The notes: generated from the sequence alone by a model not told the origin. Shown: positions 52,316 through 61,396, numbered from the stretch's first letter. The stretch is 64,000 nucleotides of DNA from an uncultured Elusimicrobiales bacterium (GCA_944324685.1 CALUXG010000030.1:9073-73072); one strand, 5' to 3'. Translations and numbers: made by a program.

Positions 52316-52864
52316 TTATTTACGCTCTTTCTGTCCGCCGACATGATGCATAATGCAGTCATCGCCGTCTTTTTCTTTTAAGTGTACATGAATAATGTCC
52401 TCAAAAGCCGTGGGAACGAACCGCCCCGTCAAATCGGCGCATACGGGCAAACGGTGATGACCGCGGTCCACCAAAGTCAAAAACTCAACGCCGTTTGCGC
52501 GGCCCGCCGCAGACAAAGCGTTTAAGGCGCACAAAACCGTTTTCCCCGAATACAGCACGTCATCTGTCAAAAGCACTGTTTTCCCGTCAAAAACATCCCC
52601 TTCATAGGGGCTGTTTAGGTGAGGTTGCGGAGCCACGAGAGTCAAATCGTCTCTGTAAAAAGAAATATCCAACTCTCCCAGCGCCGGTGTTTGTCCGCTT
52701 AAAATTTCTATGCGCCGCCGGAGACGTTTGGCTATATATGCGCCGCGCGTTTTTATACCCACCAGACAATATTGCTGAACGCGGGGATGCTTTTGGACAA
52801 TCTCTCGGGCCAATTTGTCCAGCATGTCCGACACGGCTTTTTCATCGGCTATCATCTTTTCCAT
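52316..52864 (-). CDS. pyrR: bifunctional pyrimidine operon regulator / uracil phosphoribosyltransferase PyrR
   Basis: PRPP-binding loop (VLLTDDVLYSGKTV) and GIKTRGAYIAKRL. ATG 52864 is preceded by GGAGG. Confidence 0.85.
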   Translation of the reverse strand: MEKMIADEKAVSDMLDKLAREIVQKHPRVQQYCLVGIKTRGAYIAKRLRRRIEILSGQTPALGELDISFYRDDLTLVAPQPHLNSPYEGDVFDGKTVLLTDDVLYSGKTVLCALNALSAAGRANGVEFLTLVDRGHHRLPVCADLTGRFVPTAFEDIIHVHLKEKDGDDCIMHHVGGQKERK

Positions 52865-52881
52865 ATTTCCTCCGCCATCCA

Positions 52882-53358
52882 TCAAAAACGAATGGAATTT
52901 TTGAAACTTTTTTCCATTTCACGGTTTAAGTCTTTTTTCTTCAGACTTTCGCGTTTGTCGTACAGATGTTTGCCTTTGGCCAAAGCGATTTTCACTTTCG
53001 CCCATCCCCGCTTAAAATAGATTTCCAGCGGAATTAACGTTTGCCCTTTGATTTGCGCTCCGGCATGCAGTTTGCGTATTTCGCGTTTGTTCAAAAGCAA
53101 TACGCGCGCGCGGGTCGGGTCCGGCTCGGAAAGTGAATTAAATTTATACGGTTTGATATACATGTTCAAAATTTCCGCGCGGCCGTTTTCCGCACGGATA
53201 AAAGCCCCTTCCAAACTCACTTCCTTTTGGCGCAAGGATTTCACTTCCGGCCCCAACAAGCTCAGCCCCGCCTCAAAGGTTTCCAAAATGAAATAATCAT
53301 GATAGGCTTTTCGGTTGGTGCTTACGACCAAAACATTTTCTTTCTTCGGCATATTCAT
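52882..53358 (-). CDS. smpB: SsrA-binding protein SmpB
   Basis: NRKAYHDYFILETFEAGLSLLGPEVKSLR and LLLNKREIRKL. The second ATG at 53352 is an equally good start. Confidence 0.9.
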   Translation of the reverse strand: MNMPKKENVLVVSTNRKAYHDYFILETFEAGLSLLGPEVKSLRQKEVSLEGAFIRAENGRAEILNMYIKPYKFNSLSEPDPTRARVLLLNKREIRKLHAGAQIKGQTLIPLEIYFKRGWAKVKIALAKGKHLYDKRESLKKKDLNREMEKSFKNSIRF

Positions 53359-53418
53359 ATCATAGCAAATTTGCCTTTTTCCCTTTTCAGACGAGAATAA
53401 ACCCGAGTTTCCTCGGGT

Positions 53419-54336
53419 TTACTCTTTTTCCACATAGCCAAAACGTTCCAGCCATTTTATGTCGTCGCGCCAATTTGGACTGACGGTTACGCGCAATTCC
53501 AGCCGATACGGCCTGCCTAAAAACTGCTCTATGCGCTTTTGCGCGCTTTTGCGCAGCTCGGCTATGGCGGCGCCGCCTTTTCCTATCAAAATAGGTTTTT
53601 GGCTTTCGCGTTCCACATGAACCACGGCCCGAATATAGTTTTTACTTCCCAAATTTTCAGTAAATTCCTCCACTTCCACTTGAGTGCCGTAAGGAATTTC
53701 TTTTTTATACAGCTTAAAAATTTGCTCGCGTATAAATTCCGCCGCATAAAACCGCTCCCAGCGGTCCGTCCATTGTCCTGACGGAAAATAAGCCGGACCT
53801 GCCGGCATGGCCTGCGCAACGGCTTGCTTTAATTCTTCCACTCCCTCGGCACGCGGCGCACACACCTTAAATACGCGGCTGACGTTAGGCAGTGCGGCTT
53901 TAATCTCTTTTTCCAAATTGTCGCATGCGGCCGTTTCCCGCTGCAGATCCGTCTTGGTCAGCACCAAAAATACAGGGCAGAATACACGGGATATTTTGGC
54001 AAACAAATCTTTGTGTTCCGCCAAAGATTGCGCCGAAGCATCCACCAGCAAAAGTATCAAATCCGCATCTTCCCCCACCGCCCGTTCAATGCAGGCGGAC
54101 ATCGTTTGCTGCAGTTTGTAGCGCGGATGCAAAAAGCCCGGGGTGTCCACAAACACCACTTGGAAATCCTCCCCTTCCATAATGGCCAAAATATTTTGGC
54201 GTGTGGTTTGAGGTTTGTCCGTTACGGGCGAGAGCAAACCGCCGGCTAAAGCGTTTAACAACGTAGACTTGCCTGCATTGGGCAAACCTGCCAATACGGC
54301 AAAACCGCTCCGAAAACTTTTATTTGCTGAACTCAT
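53419..54336 (-). CDS. era: GTPase Era
   Basis: G-domain (GLPNAGKSTLLNAL, DTPG, TKTD) plus a C-terminal KH domain (LIGKGGAAI). Confidence 0.9.
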   Translation of the reverse strand: MSSANKSFRSGFAVLAGLPNAGKSTLLNALAGGLLSPVTDKPQTTRQNILAIMEGEDFQVVFVDTPGFLHPRYKLQQTMSACIERAVGEDADLILLLVDASAQSLAEHKDLFAKISRVFCPVFLVLTKTDLQRETAACDNLEKEIKAALPNVSRVFKVCAPRAEGVEELKQAVAQAMPAGPAYFPSGQWTDRWERFYAAEFIREQIFKLYKKEIPYGTQVEVEEFTENLGSKNYIRAVVHVERESQKPILIGKGGAAIAELRKSAQKRIEQFLGRPYRLELRVTVSPNWRDDIKWLERFGYVEKE

Positions 54337-54343
54337 AATTTAT

Positions 54344-54349
54344 ATTGTA
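54344..54349 (-). promoter_or_regulatory. -10-like TACAAT 7 nt upstream of the era ATG
   Basis: Minus strand: TACAAT-ATAAATT-ATG 54336. No Shine-Dalgarno sequence. Confidence 0.35.
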
Positions 54350-54429
54350 CTTGATTTTGCCGGCAAACAAAACGCCAAAATTCCGCCGCCGCACGGCGGC
54401 CACAACAAAAAACATTTCCGTTGCGCGAC

Positions 54430-54457
54430 AAAAAAGCCCTCCGCCCAAGCGGAGAGC
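54430..54457 (-). terminator. probable intrinsic terminator after the sugar-phosphate transporter gene
   Basis: ctccgc (54439-54444) pairs with gcggag (54449-54454). T6 follows on the minus strand. Confidence 0.55.
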
Positions 54458-54476
54458 TTTCTAGTAAAAATACTAT

Positions 54477-55808
54477 TTATTTGCTGGTTTTTCCAGCGGC
54501 TTCTTTCTTCCATGTCAAAGCCACAAAGAACATGGCCAACACGCAGCAGACGCCGCAGGTCATATAGATGCCGTACCAGCCCCAGTTTTCCAAAATCCAA
54601 CCGCCGCCGATACCGGAGAGGAAAGCCCCCAAGTACCCAAACATGCCGGTAAAACCGCAGGCTGCAGAGACGGATTCCTGTACGGTAATGCGGGAAGTTT
54701 GCACCCCGCCGACGAGATTCTGCGGACCGTCTACAAAGAAGCCCACCAAAGCCAAAAACACCGCCGTCAGCCAATAGCTGCCGTGGCCCGTAAAGACGTA
54801 GGCGCCCCAGAGGCTGAAAATCAACAGAATCAAGAAAATAATGTTAATGGGCGTGCAGCGGCCTTTGAAGAAATGGTCTGCCATCCATCCGGCGGAAATA
54901 CCGCCCAATGTACCAATAAGCGGCATGATGGTCAGCAAACCGGCGGACGTGGCTTCGCTGATGCCGCGGTCCACCATAAATTTGGCGCTCCAGTCCAATG
55001 TGGCAAAACGAATGAAGTACACAAAAATATACGCGATGGCCAAGAACCACAGGTAGGGGTTGGCAAACACGTATCTTTTCAATACGGCCCAAGTGCCCAA
55101 ACCTTTTTCTTTTTCCAAAGGCAGCACGTCATTCATGTATTCTTCAATGGGAGGCAAGCCCAACGCGGAGGGTTTGTCGCCCAAAATCCGAAACATGCCC
55201 AAAGAGAACAATATCCCGATAATGCCCGGGACGTAAAACACCATCTGCCACGTACCGTATTTCAAACAGGCCCACGCCAACAGCCCTACGCCGGCCGTAC
55301 CTACGGTATGGGAAGAAGACCACAACGTCCACTTGGTGGCTCTTTCTTTAGGAGCAAACCAATAGACGAGGCCTTTCGCCACCGGAGGAAAACCGGCGGA
55401 TTGGAATACACCGTTCAAACCCCAGAAAAAAGCCATCAAATAAAATGACGGCAAAAACGGAAAGAACAAGCTGACAACAGCCGACCCTAAAAGCCCTGTG
55501 GCCATAAAGCGGCGGATATTGCATTTGTCTGCCAACATGCCGCTGACGAATTTGCCGATGCCGTACGTTACATACAACGTAGAACCCAACGCACCGTACT
55601 GTATGGCGGTCAAACCGCCGTCATCCATAAGGGCCGGAGCCACAAAGGAAATGTTTTTTCGGCAGAAATAAAAAAAGATGTAACCGAAATACATGCCGAA
55701 AAACATCCGGATACGCCAGCTTCGGTACATCTTTTTTACCAATTGCTCATCCGTAATGCGCTCGGCATCCGGAAAAGGCTTGAACCAATCAACTATCTTG
55801 GATAACAT
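54477..55808 (-). CDS. MFS organophosphate:Pi antiporter (GlpT/UhpC family sugar-phosphate transporter)
   Basis: RIRMFFGMYFGYIFFYFCRKNISFVAPALM and GKFVSGMLADK, typical of the OPA family. AGGAG Shine-Dalgarno sequence. Confidence 0.85.
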   Translation of the reverse strand: MLSKIVDWFKPFPDAERITDEQLVKKMYRSWRIRMFFGMYFGYIFFYFCRKNISFVAPALMDDGGLTAIQYGALGSTLYVTYGIGKFVSGMLADKCNIRRFMATGLLGSAVVSLFFPFLPSFYLMAFFWGLNGVFQSAGFPPVAKGLVYWFAPKERATKWTLWSSSHTVGTAGVGLLAWACLKYGTWQMVFYVPGIIGILFSLGMFRILGDKPSALGLPPIEEYMNDVLPLEKEKGLGTWAVLKRYVFANPYLWFLAIAYIFVYFIRFATLDWSAKFMVDRGISEATSAGLLTIMPLIGTLGGISAGWMADHFFKGRCTPINIIFLILLIFSLWGAYVFTGHGSYWLTAVFLALVGFFVDGPQNLVGGVQTSRITVQESVSAACGFTGMFGYLGAFLSGIGGGWILENWGWYGIYMTCGVCCVLAMFFVALTWKKEAAGKTSK

Positions 55809-55933
55809 ACCGTCTCCTGATTAAAAAATAAGTCCCAATCCCCCCGCTTTTCAGCTTTTACGCACAACATAACAAACTAAAAAACAGAAGAAACCGGCAG
55901 ACCAATTCGGCGGCAGAACCCGCCTACTTTTCC

Positions 55934-55942
55934 ATTATAACA
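55934..55942 (-). promoter_or_regulatory. extended -10 promoter (TGTTATAAT) about 125 nt upstream of the transporter ATG
   Basis: The minus strand reads TTTTTGTTATAATGG. Confidence 0.4.
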
Positions 55943-55952
55943 AAAATCCATT

Positions 55953-55985
55953 AAAAATAAATACCGCCCGTTTCCGCGGGCGGTA
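55953..55985 (-). terminator. intrinsic terminator after trxB
   Basis: taccgcccg (55962-55970) pairs with cgggcggta (55977-55985). A T-rich tract follows on the minus strand. Confidence 0.7.
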
Positions 55986-56009
55986 CAAAGAGGCAATTGG
56001 GTCTCTTAT

Positions 56010-56936
56010 TTATCGGTGCAAGTTCACAAACGCCGCCGCGCCGATACCGGCTTTAGCTCCGGAACCGGCCGCCACAACCGCCTGTCTGAACTCACTTTCC
56101 GTACAATCTCCCGCAGCAAAAATACCGTCTATATTGGTGCGTTGTTTCTCATCTGTTTTAATTAGACCGGACGCGTCCATCTCCACGGAGCTGCCTTCCA
56201 GCCACGCCGTCTGCGCAACGGCGCCCACCGCCACAAAAACACCCGCACACGCAAGGCGCGTTTTTTCCTGCGTAAGCACGTTGCGAAGCACCACCGCGCA
56301 AACGCTTTCTTCCCCCAGCACCTCATCTACCACGCAATTGAGCATTAAAGAAATATTGGGCGTATTTTTTACTTTTTGCACCGTTACCGCATCGGCTCGG
56401 AACCCCTCTCTGCGATGCACCAATGTAACTTTGGGACAAATTTGCGCAAGAAACAAAGCGTCCTCAAAAGCGGTATTGCCTCCTCCCACAACAACCACTT
56501 CTTTGCCCTTAAAGAAAAAACCGTCGCACGTCGCACAAGCCGATATACCGCGGCCTTTTAATTTCTCTTCCCCCTGCACTCCCAGCCACCGCGCGCGCGC
56601 GCCGGCGGCAATCACCACCGCCGTGGCCTGATACTGTTTCCCTCCGGACGCCGTCAGCGTAAAAGGAGGTTTCTCTCCTTCCAGTTTCACGATATCATCT
56701 GTCGTAATCTCCACACCCAGCCGTTTGCACTGTTTGTGCATATTGTCCATCAGTTCATAACCGGATATGGGTTGAATAAAACCCGCATAATTTTCAATAT
56801 CATTGGTCTGCAAAAGCTGTCCCCCGGGCATAGCTCCGCCGGCAATGATTGTTTGTAGCCCGCTGCGGGCGGCATATACCGCCGCACTGCAGCCGGCGGG
56901 TCCCGCGCCGATGATCAGTAAATCCGTTTTCGTCAT
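56010..56936 (-). CDS. trxB: thioredoxin-disulfide reductase
   Basis: IIGAGPAGCSAA (FAD), the redox-active CATCDG, and VVGGGNTA (NADPH). Confidence 0.9.
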   Translation of the reverse strand: MTKTDLLIIGAGPAGCSAAVYAARSGLQTIIAGGAMPGGQLLQTNDIENYAGFIQPISGYELMDNMHKQCKRLGVEITTDDIVKLEGEKPPFTLTASGGKQYQATAVVIAAGARARWLGVQGEEKLKGRGISACATCDGFFFKGKEVVVVGGGNTAFEDALFLAQICPKVTLVHRREGFRADAVTVQKVKNTPNISLMLNCVVDEVLGEESVCAVVLRNVLTQEKTRLACAGVFVAVGAVAQTAWLEGSSVEMDASGLIKTDEKQRTNIDGIFAAGDCTESEFRQAVVAAGSGAKAGIGAAAFVNLHR

Positions 56937-57487
56937 TTTTCAAACTCCTTTAACATTTTTGTAAAAAGCTCTACGGGAAAGCCCACCACATTTGTGCGGC
57001 TTCCGCGCATCTTTTCTATAAAATGATCCCCTTTATCTTGGACGGCGTAAGCGCCGGCTTTATCCAGATGTTTGCCCGCCATTTCCTGCAATTCTTTCAG
57101 ACTCAGCCGCCGCGCCTTGCAATATGTCTTATCCACTCCGCGCACGCATGTTTTACTGCGCAAATGTAGCAGCGTTACCCCCGTGTATACGGTCTGCCAT
57201 GAACCGTTTAACTTACGCAAAATACGCAGGGCGTCCTCTTCATCTTTTGGTTTTCCGATGACTTCCCCTTTGCAAAATACCAATGTATCGGCACCGATGA
57301 CTAATGAATCCGGATATTTTTGAGCCACCTCCAGCGCCTTATGAGCCGACAAATCCGCCACTTTCAGGGAAGGACGTTTGTATTTTGTCCGCTCCGGCTG
57401 CACGGCGGGGCACACGTCAAATGCCATGCCCAGTTCTTTTAACAAAGCAATGCGCCTAGGCGAACGGGAAGCCAAAATGAGTCTCAT
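56933..57487 (-). CDS. maf: Maf-family nucleoside-triphosphate pyrophosphatase
   Basis: MRLILASRSPRR and GAYAVQ motifs. ATGA overlap with trxB. Confidence 0.85.
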   Translation of the reverse strand: MRLILASRSPRRIALLKELGMAFDVCPAVQPERTKYKRPSLKVADLSAHKALEVAQKYPDSLVIGADTLVFCKGEVIGKPKDEEDALRILRKLNGSWQTVYTGVTLLHLRSKTCVRGVDKTYCKARRLSLKELQEMAGKHLDKAGAYAVQDKGDHFIEKMRGSRTNVVGFPVELFTKMLKEFEK

Positions 57488-57489
57488 AT

Positions 57490-57708
57490 TTATTTGCGTA
57501 CAAATTTGGATATGACGATATAGCCCAGCACCAGCCCGACAGCCCCGCAAATATTAATATGCAAAGCCAACGGGTGAATGCCTACCCCGTACACACGGGT
57601 CAAGGCGCCGGCCATCTGCGCGGGCAGGAAAGCGGCCAGCCACTCCAAACCTAAAGCAATTACGCCTCCTAATATCAGCGTTAATACGGTAAATACAATC
57701 CCTCGCAT
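57490..57708 (-). CDS. small two-TM membrane protein (DUF4321-like)
   Basis: 72 aa. ATG 57708 is preceded by AAAGGAGAG. The track start 57834 would overlap the upstream MFS gene. Confidence 0.55.
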   Translation of the reverse strand: MRGIVFTVLTLILGGVIALGLEWLAAFLPAQMAGALTRVYGVGIHPLALHINICGAVGLVLGYIVISKFVRK

Positions 57709-57769
57709 ATTCTCTCCTTTTTGTAAATGGTAGTATAAATCCGCTCCATTAAGCAAAATCCCATGCGGC

Positions 57770-59017
57770 TTAATGCAGCGTAACGGTGTCTTTTTTAATG
57801 GGAATGGGAGCGGTAAATTTGCCGTCTTCCTCATCTGTCAAATCCTTGCGCAGCGCATAAAAACCCAGCCCCGCCAAAACAGCCACAGCCCCAACAATCA
57901 GCCACGGCCCGGGCAAATACAGCGGCGCTACATATTGACCCAGCCAACCAGCGGCAAAAAATCCCAAAGACGAACCCATATTATAAAAAACCATGACCAT
58001 GCCCAAATAACGCCCGCGCGTCTGCGCGGAGGCTATATTGGAAACCAAGGTTTGTTCCCCCGGGTTAACGATTAATTCGCCCAAAGCCGCCAGCAATACG
58101 CCAAAAGCAATCGGCGTAAAACTGCCAAAAAATCCTACGGAACCATAACCCAAAGCATAAAGAATACAGCCCAGCAGCATAGCCGTACTCAAACGCATAC
58201 GCGACATAAATAAACCGGCGTGATACTGCAAAAAAACCACCGCCAACCCGTTAACCGTAAAAAACCAACCGATATAAGATTCCGGCATCCGCAAATAGGT
58301 ATTACAATGAACGGAAAGCCCGACCACCAGCTGCGAATTGACGGCCGTAATCAACAATACATACAGGCAAATCTTCGCCAAACGCAAATCCTTAAGAGAA
58401 AGAAGCAGAGATACAAACTGCGGCCGGCGGCGGCGTTCCGAAACGGCATGAAAATCGTTTTGCAATACGCGCTGCAAATACAATACCGTTATGCAATAGG
58501 ACAAAGCCGTCAAAAAGAAGGCATAGCTGTAAGAAAAACGCACCAAAAAGCCGCCGGCGGCCGGTCCCAGCGCCCAGCCTAAATTTAACCCTACGCGGAT
58601 AATGCCAAAAGCTTCCACGCGTTGTTTAGGTGTGGTGTTGTCAGTTACCCAAGCATTGGACACCGGACGGAAAACCGCCCCGAAAAACGCCGTCAAAAAA
58701 TAACACAACAGCAGCCAGCCCGTTTGGCTTTGGTTTTCAATACAAAGCGCCAGGCCCAGCATAGCCGCCACCTCTACCACTAATCCCCACAGCATGACGT
58801 TCTTGCGGCCGAAAACATCCGACAGCTCCCCCGCAATAGCGCTGGAAAAACTGCGGCTGAGCGCCGACAAAGCAATAATCAGCCCCGCCATGGAGGCGGG
58901 AAGCCCTTTTTGGCTGATTAAATAAACGGTAAAAAACGGCAAAGAAAGACCGTAGCCAAACAGCAAAAGCCCATTGGCCACGGCCAGTGAAATCATGGCA
59001 CGGCGCGTATGATTCAT
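57770..59017 (-). CDS. MFS transporter (drug:H+ antiporter-like)
   Basis: 12 predicted TM helices and an MFS loop motif (GELSDVFGRK). Confidence 0.8.
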   Translation of the reverse strand: MNHTRRAMISLAVANGLLLFGYGLSLPFFTVYLISQKGLPASMAGLIIALSALSRSFSSAIAGELSDVFGRKNVMLWGLVVEVAAMLGLALCIENQSQTGWLLLCYFLTAFFGAVFRPVSNAWVTDNTTPKQRVEAFGIIRVGLNLGWALGPAAGGFLVRFSYSYAFFLTALSYCITVLYLQRVLQNDFHAVSERRRRPQFVSLLLSLKDLRLAKICLYVLLITAVNSQLVVGLSVHCNTYLRMPESYIGWFFTVNGLAVVFLQYHAGLFMSRMRLSTAMLLGCILYALGYGSVGFFGSFTPIAFGVLLAALGELIVNPGEQTLVSNIASAQTRGRYLGMVMVFYNMGSSLGFFAAGWLGQYVAPLYLPGPWLIVGAVAVLAGLGFYALRKDLTDEEDGKFTAPIPIKKDTVTLH

Positions 59018-59024
59018 ATAGTAT

Positions 59025-59030
59025 ATTGTA
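59025..59030 (-). promoter_or_regulatory. -10-like TACAAT 7 nt upstream of the MFS ATG
   Basis: Minus strand: TACAAT-ATACTAT-ATG 59017. Confidence 0.35.
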
Positions 59031-59114
59031 GTAAATCCGCCGCCTGCGCGGAAAACGCTTCTGGAAATGCCTTTCTGCGTTTGTTTTGTTTCGGCAAGGG
59101 AAAAACATTTTTTA

Positions 59115-59120
59115 TATACT
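59115..59120 (+). promoter_or_regulatory. -10-like TATACT 6 nt upstream of ATG 59127
   Basis: TATACT-ATTATT-ATG. Confidence 0.35.
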
Positions 59121-59126
59121 ATTATT

Positions 59127-59891
59127 ATGCGTATGATTGGCGTGCTGTTTCACTGTATTTTTTCTTTTCGTTCTTACCACGTCCTAAAAAATCTGGGACC
59201 GTGGCGCACGGGTTTTTTTCTGTTTTATCTGCTGCTGTTGGCGGTGTTGGCTTTTAACATTTGGTTTACCGTCCAACTAAATGAGAAATTGCCCGCTTTT
59301 CTGCGTTCCGTACCGGAACTCACCTTTGAAAAAGGTCGTTTGACCGCTCCGACGCAGGCGGTTTCCATCGCCATAGCGGATACGGGTTTTAATGCCGTTT
59401 TTGACGCAAACGCCAAAAATCCTCCCGAACGCCAAACATTTATGGACAAACGTATTCTATTTTTTATCGCGGAAAACAGAATATACACCCCCGGCGTTTC
59501 GGGCATACAAAGCCAAGTTCTGCCCGTGCAGCTGAATGCACATGTTACCCCGCAACTGCTGAAGACATACCTTCCGTCCATTAAATCCGTGTTGCTGGCG
59601 ACGGCATTCTTCGGTTCGTTTTTTGCGCTGGGTTTATTTTTTCTCTTTTCTTTTCTGTTGGCTGCGTCCATCGTATACGCTTGGAGCGGCTGGAAGCGCC
59701 GTCCTCTGCCGGCGGGCATCGTACTTCGATGGGCGACGTTTTTACAAGGTCCGGCACTGATTTTATGGCTGGTAAATTTGTTGTGGGGCGTACCTCTTTT
59801 TATGTTTGCATTGTTTATTTTATTTATGATGTACACCCAACAAATTTTTAACGTAATGCCTGAAGAAAAAAGAGGAAAACATGTTGCTTAA
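59127..59891 (+). CDS. hypothetical polytopic membrane protein (DUF1189-like)
   Basis: Several TM helices and no catalytic motif that I recognise. The start was chosen at ATG 59127 rather than the track start 59067. Confidence 0.55.
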   Translation: MRMIGVLFHCIFSFRSYHVLKNLGPWRTGFFLFYLLLLAVLAFNIWFTVQLNEKLPAFLRSVPELTFEKGRLTAPTQAVSIAIADTGFNAVFDANAKNPPERQTFMDKRILFFIAENRIYTPGVSGIQSQVLPVQLNAHVTPQLLKTYLPSIKSVLLATAFFGSFFALGLFFLFSFLLAASIVYAWSGWKRRPLPAGIVLRWATFLQGPALILWLVNLLWGVPLFMFALFILFMMYTQQIFNVMPEEKRGKHVA

Positions 59892-60228
59892 AATTATTCG
59901 TAAATTCAGCTCCGCCCACAGACTGCCGCATTATGACGGTCCGTGCCGCCATCTGCACGGACATACGTGGAAAGTGGTGTTTTTGCTGGAGGGAGAAGTA
60001 CAAAAAGACGGCATGGTGGCCGATTTCAAACGCTTAAAAAACCTGCTGGACGCCCAATTGCCGGACCATTGCTACCTAAACGATTTGCTGGAAAACCCAA
60101 CGGCGGAAAACTTGGCCCCTTATCTTTTTGACAAAACTGCCGCGGCGCTCAAGCCGATGGGATTGAGCATTAAAACGTTGGAATTGTGGGAGAACGAAAA
60201 TGCCGCTGCAGTCGTTGAAAGTAAATGA
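59881..60228 (+). CDS. queD: 6-carboxy-5,6,7,8-tetrahydropterin synthase
   Basis: FSSAHRLPHYDGPCRHLHGHTWKV (catalytic Cys plus Zn-binding His residues). Confidence 0.85.
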   Translation: MLLKIIRKFSSAHRLPHYDGPCRHLHGHTWKVVFLLEGEVQKDGMVADFKRLKNLLDAQLPDHCYLNDLLENPTAENLAPYLFDKTAAALKPMGLSIKTLELWENENAAAVVESK

Positions 60229-60793
60229 GATTTTTTACTCGCTGCAGGGAGAAGGCCCCCTAACGGGTACGGCGGCCGTGTTTTTGCGCTTGGCCGGATG
60301 CAGCATGGGCTGCTCGTTTTGCGACACGCAATATGCCGCCGCACAGGGAACGGACATGCCGCTGCCGGATATTATAGCCGCCTTGGAACAATATCCCTGC
60401 CGAAATGTCATCATCACCGGAGGAGAGCCGACAGAGCAAAATTTCGCACCGCTGGCACACGCACTTAAGCGACGCGGCTGGACCGTGCAGATGGAAAGCA
60501 ACGGCGCACAAGATGCCGACGTAAGCAATATTGATTTTCTGGTCGTATCCCCTAAAAAACATGTATGCAAAGACATGCTTCAAAAAGCCCACTGTATTAA
60601 AATAGTCGTAGATCAGGATACGCCTTTGGAGACCATCGCAACTTATTTTCCGTATGCAAATGCCCGCACCGCCGTGTGCCTGCAACCTTGCAGCAACAAA
60701 CAGGAGAACATAGACTTATGCGTAAAACTCATCAAACAAAATCCATTTCTAAGACTCAGTCTGCAAATGCACAAACTGGCCCACATAAGATAA
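60200..60793 (+). CDS. queE: 7-carboxy-7-deazaguanine synthase (radical SAM, compact type)
   Basis: EIFYSLQGEG and the CSMGCSFCDT cluster. Confidence 0.85.
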   Translation: MPLQSLKVNEIFYSLQGEGPLTGTAAVFLRLAGCSMGCSFCDTQYAAAQGTDMPLPDIIAALEQYPCRNVIITGGEPTEQNFAPLAHALKRRGWTVQMESNGAQDADVSNIDFLVVSPKKHVCKDMLQKAHCIKIVVDQDTPLETIATYFPYANARTAVCLQPCSNKQENIDLCVKLIKQNPFLRLSLQMHKLAHIR

Positions 60794-60807
60794 GCAAAGA
60801 AAAAATC

Positions 60808-61338
60808 ATGCAAAATCTGCGTGAAATTCTGGCATATATCGGAGATAATCCCTCCCGTGAAGGGCTGTTGGAAACTCCCGCGCGCATTTTGCGCAGCTGG
60901 GATAAATTGTTCGGCGGATACAAAATGCGGCCTCAGGATGTTCTAAAAACCTTCACCGAGGGTTCCTGCGACGAAATGGTCGTATTGAAAGACATTGAAT
61001 TTTATTCCACCTGTGAACACCATCTGCAGCCGTTTTTTGGTTCTATCAGCATAGGTTACCTGCCTAAAGGGCGGGTGTTGGGCATATCCAAACTGGCCCG
61101 CTTGGTGGAGGTATTTGCACGGCGGCTGCAAATACAGGAAAAACTGGTAGCGCAAATAGCAGACAGTTTAATGGAAACCTTAAAACCCCACGGCGTCATG
61201 GTCGTATGCAAAGCCAAACATCTCTGTATCAGTTCACGCGGCATAGAGAAACACAACGCCGTCATGGTAACCAGCGCCATACGGGGCGCATTCAAAAAAA
61301 TGGAAGTAAGAAACGAATTTTTGGATATGATAAAGTAA
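60808..61338 (+). CDS. folE: GTP cyclohydrolase I (FolE type I)
   Basis: REGLLETPARI and FYSTCEHHLQPFFG. Start trimmed to ATG 60808. Confidence 0.9.
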   Translation: MQNLREILAYIGDNPSREGLLETPARILRSWDKLFGGYKMRPQDVLKTFTEGSCDEMVVLKDIEFYSTCEHHLQPFFGSISIGYLPKGRVLGISKLARLVEVFARRLQIQEKLVAQIADSLMETLKPHGVMVVCKAKHLCISSRGIEKHNAVMVTSAIRGAFKKMEVRNEFLDMIK

Positions 61339-61396
61339 ATGGACGACTGCTTCAGCGTCAAAGGTACACACGCACGTCCAAGATATACCAAACGTT

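Noticed and set aside
52138-52362. 74-aa minus-strand ORF and 73-aa plus-strand ORF (52160..52381).
   Set aside because: Both overlap the well-folded tRNA-Leu(CAG) and the pyrR 3' end, so they are spurious.
52244-53418. tmRNA (ssrA) next to smpB.
   Set aside because: The flanks are only 17-60 nt of intergenic DNA, with no tRNA-like acceptor/T-arm or tag-peptide reading frame. ssrA must be elsewhere.
31667-55448. Long antisense shadow ORFs: 31667..32362 +, 34141..34695 +, 36865..37662 +, 43616..44233 +, 45841..46356 +, 49150..49914 +, 50587..51477 +, 54699..55448 +.
   Set aside because: Each lies fully opposite a confidently identified gene (queF/ATPase, TPR, ileS, asmA, rpsA, ftsZ, ftsA/ftsQ, MFS). 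Their compositions are biased (Arg/Gly/His-rich) and they carry no motifs.
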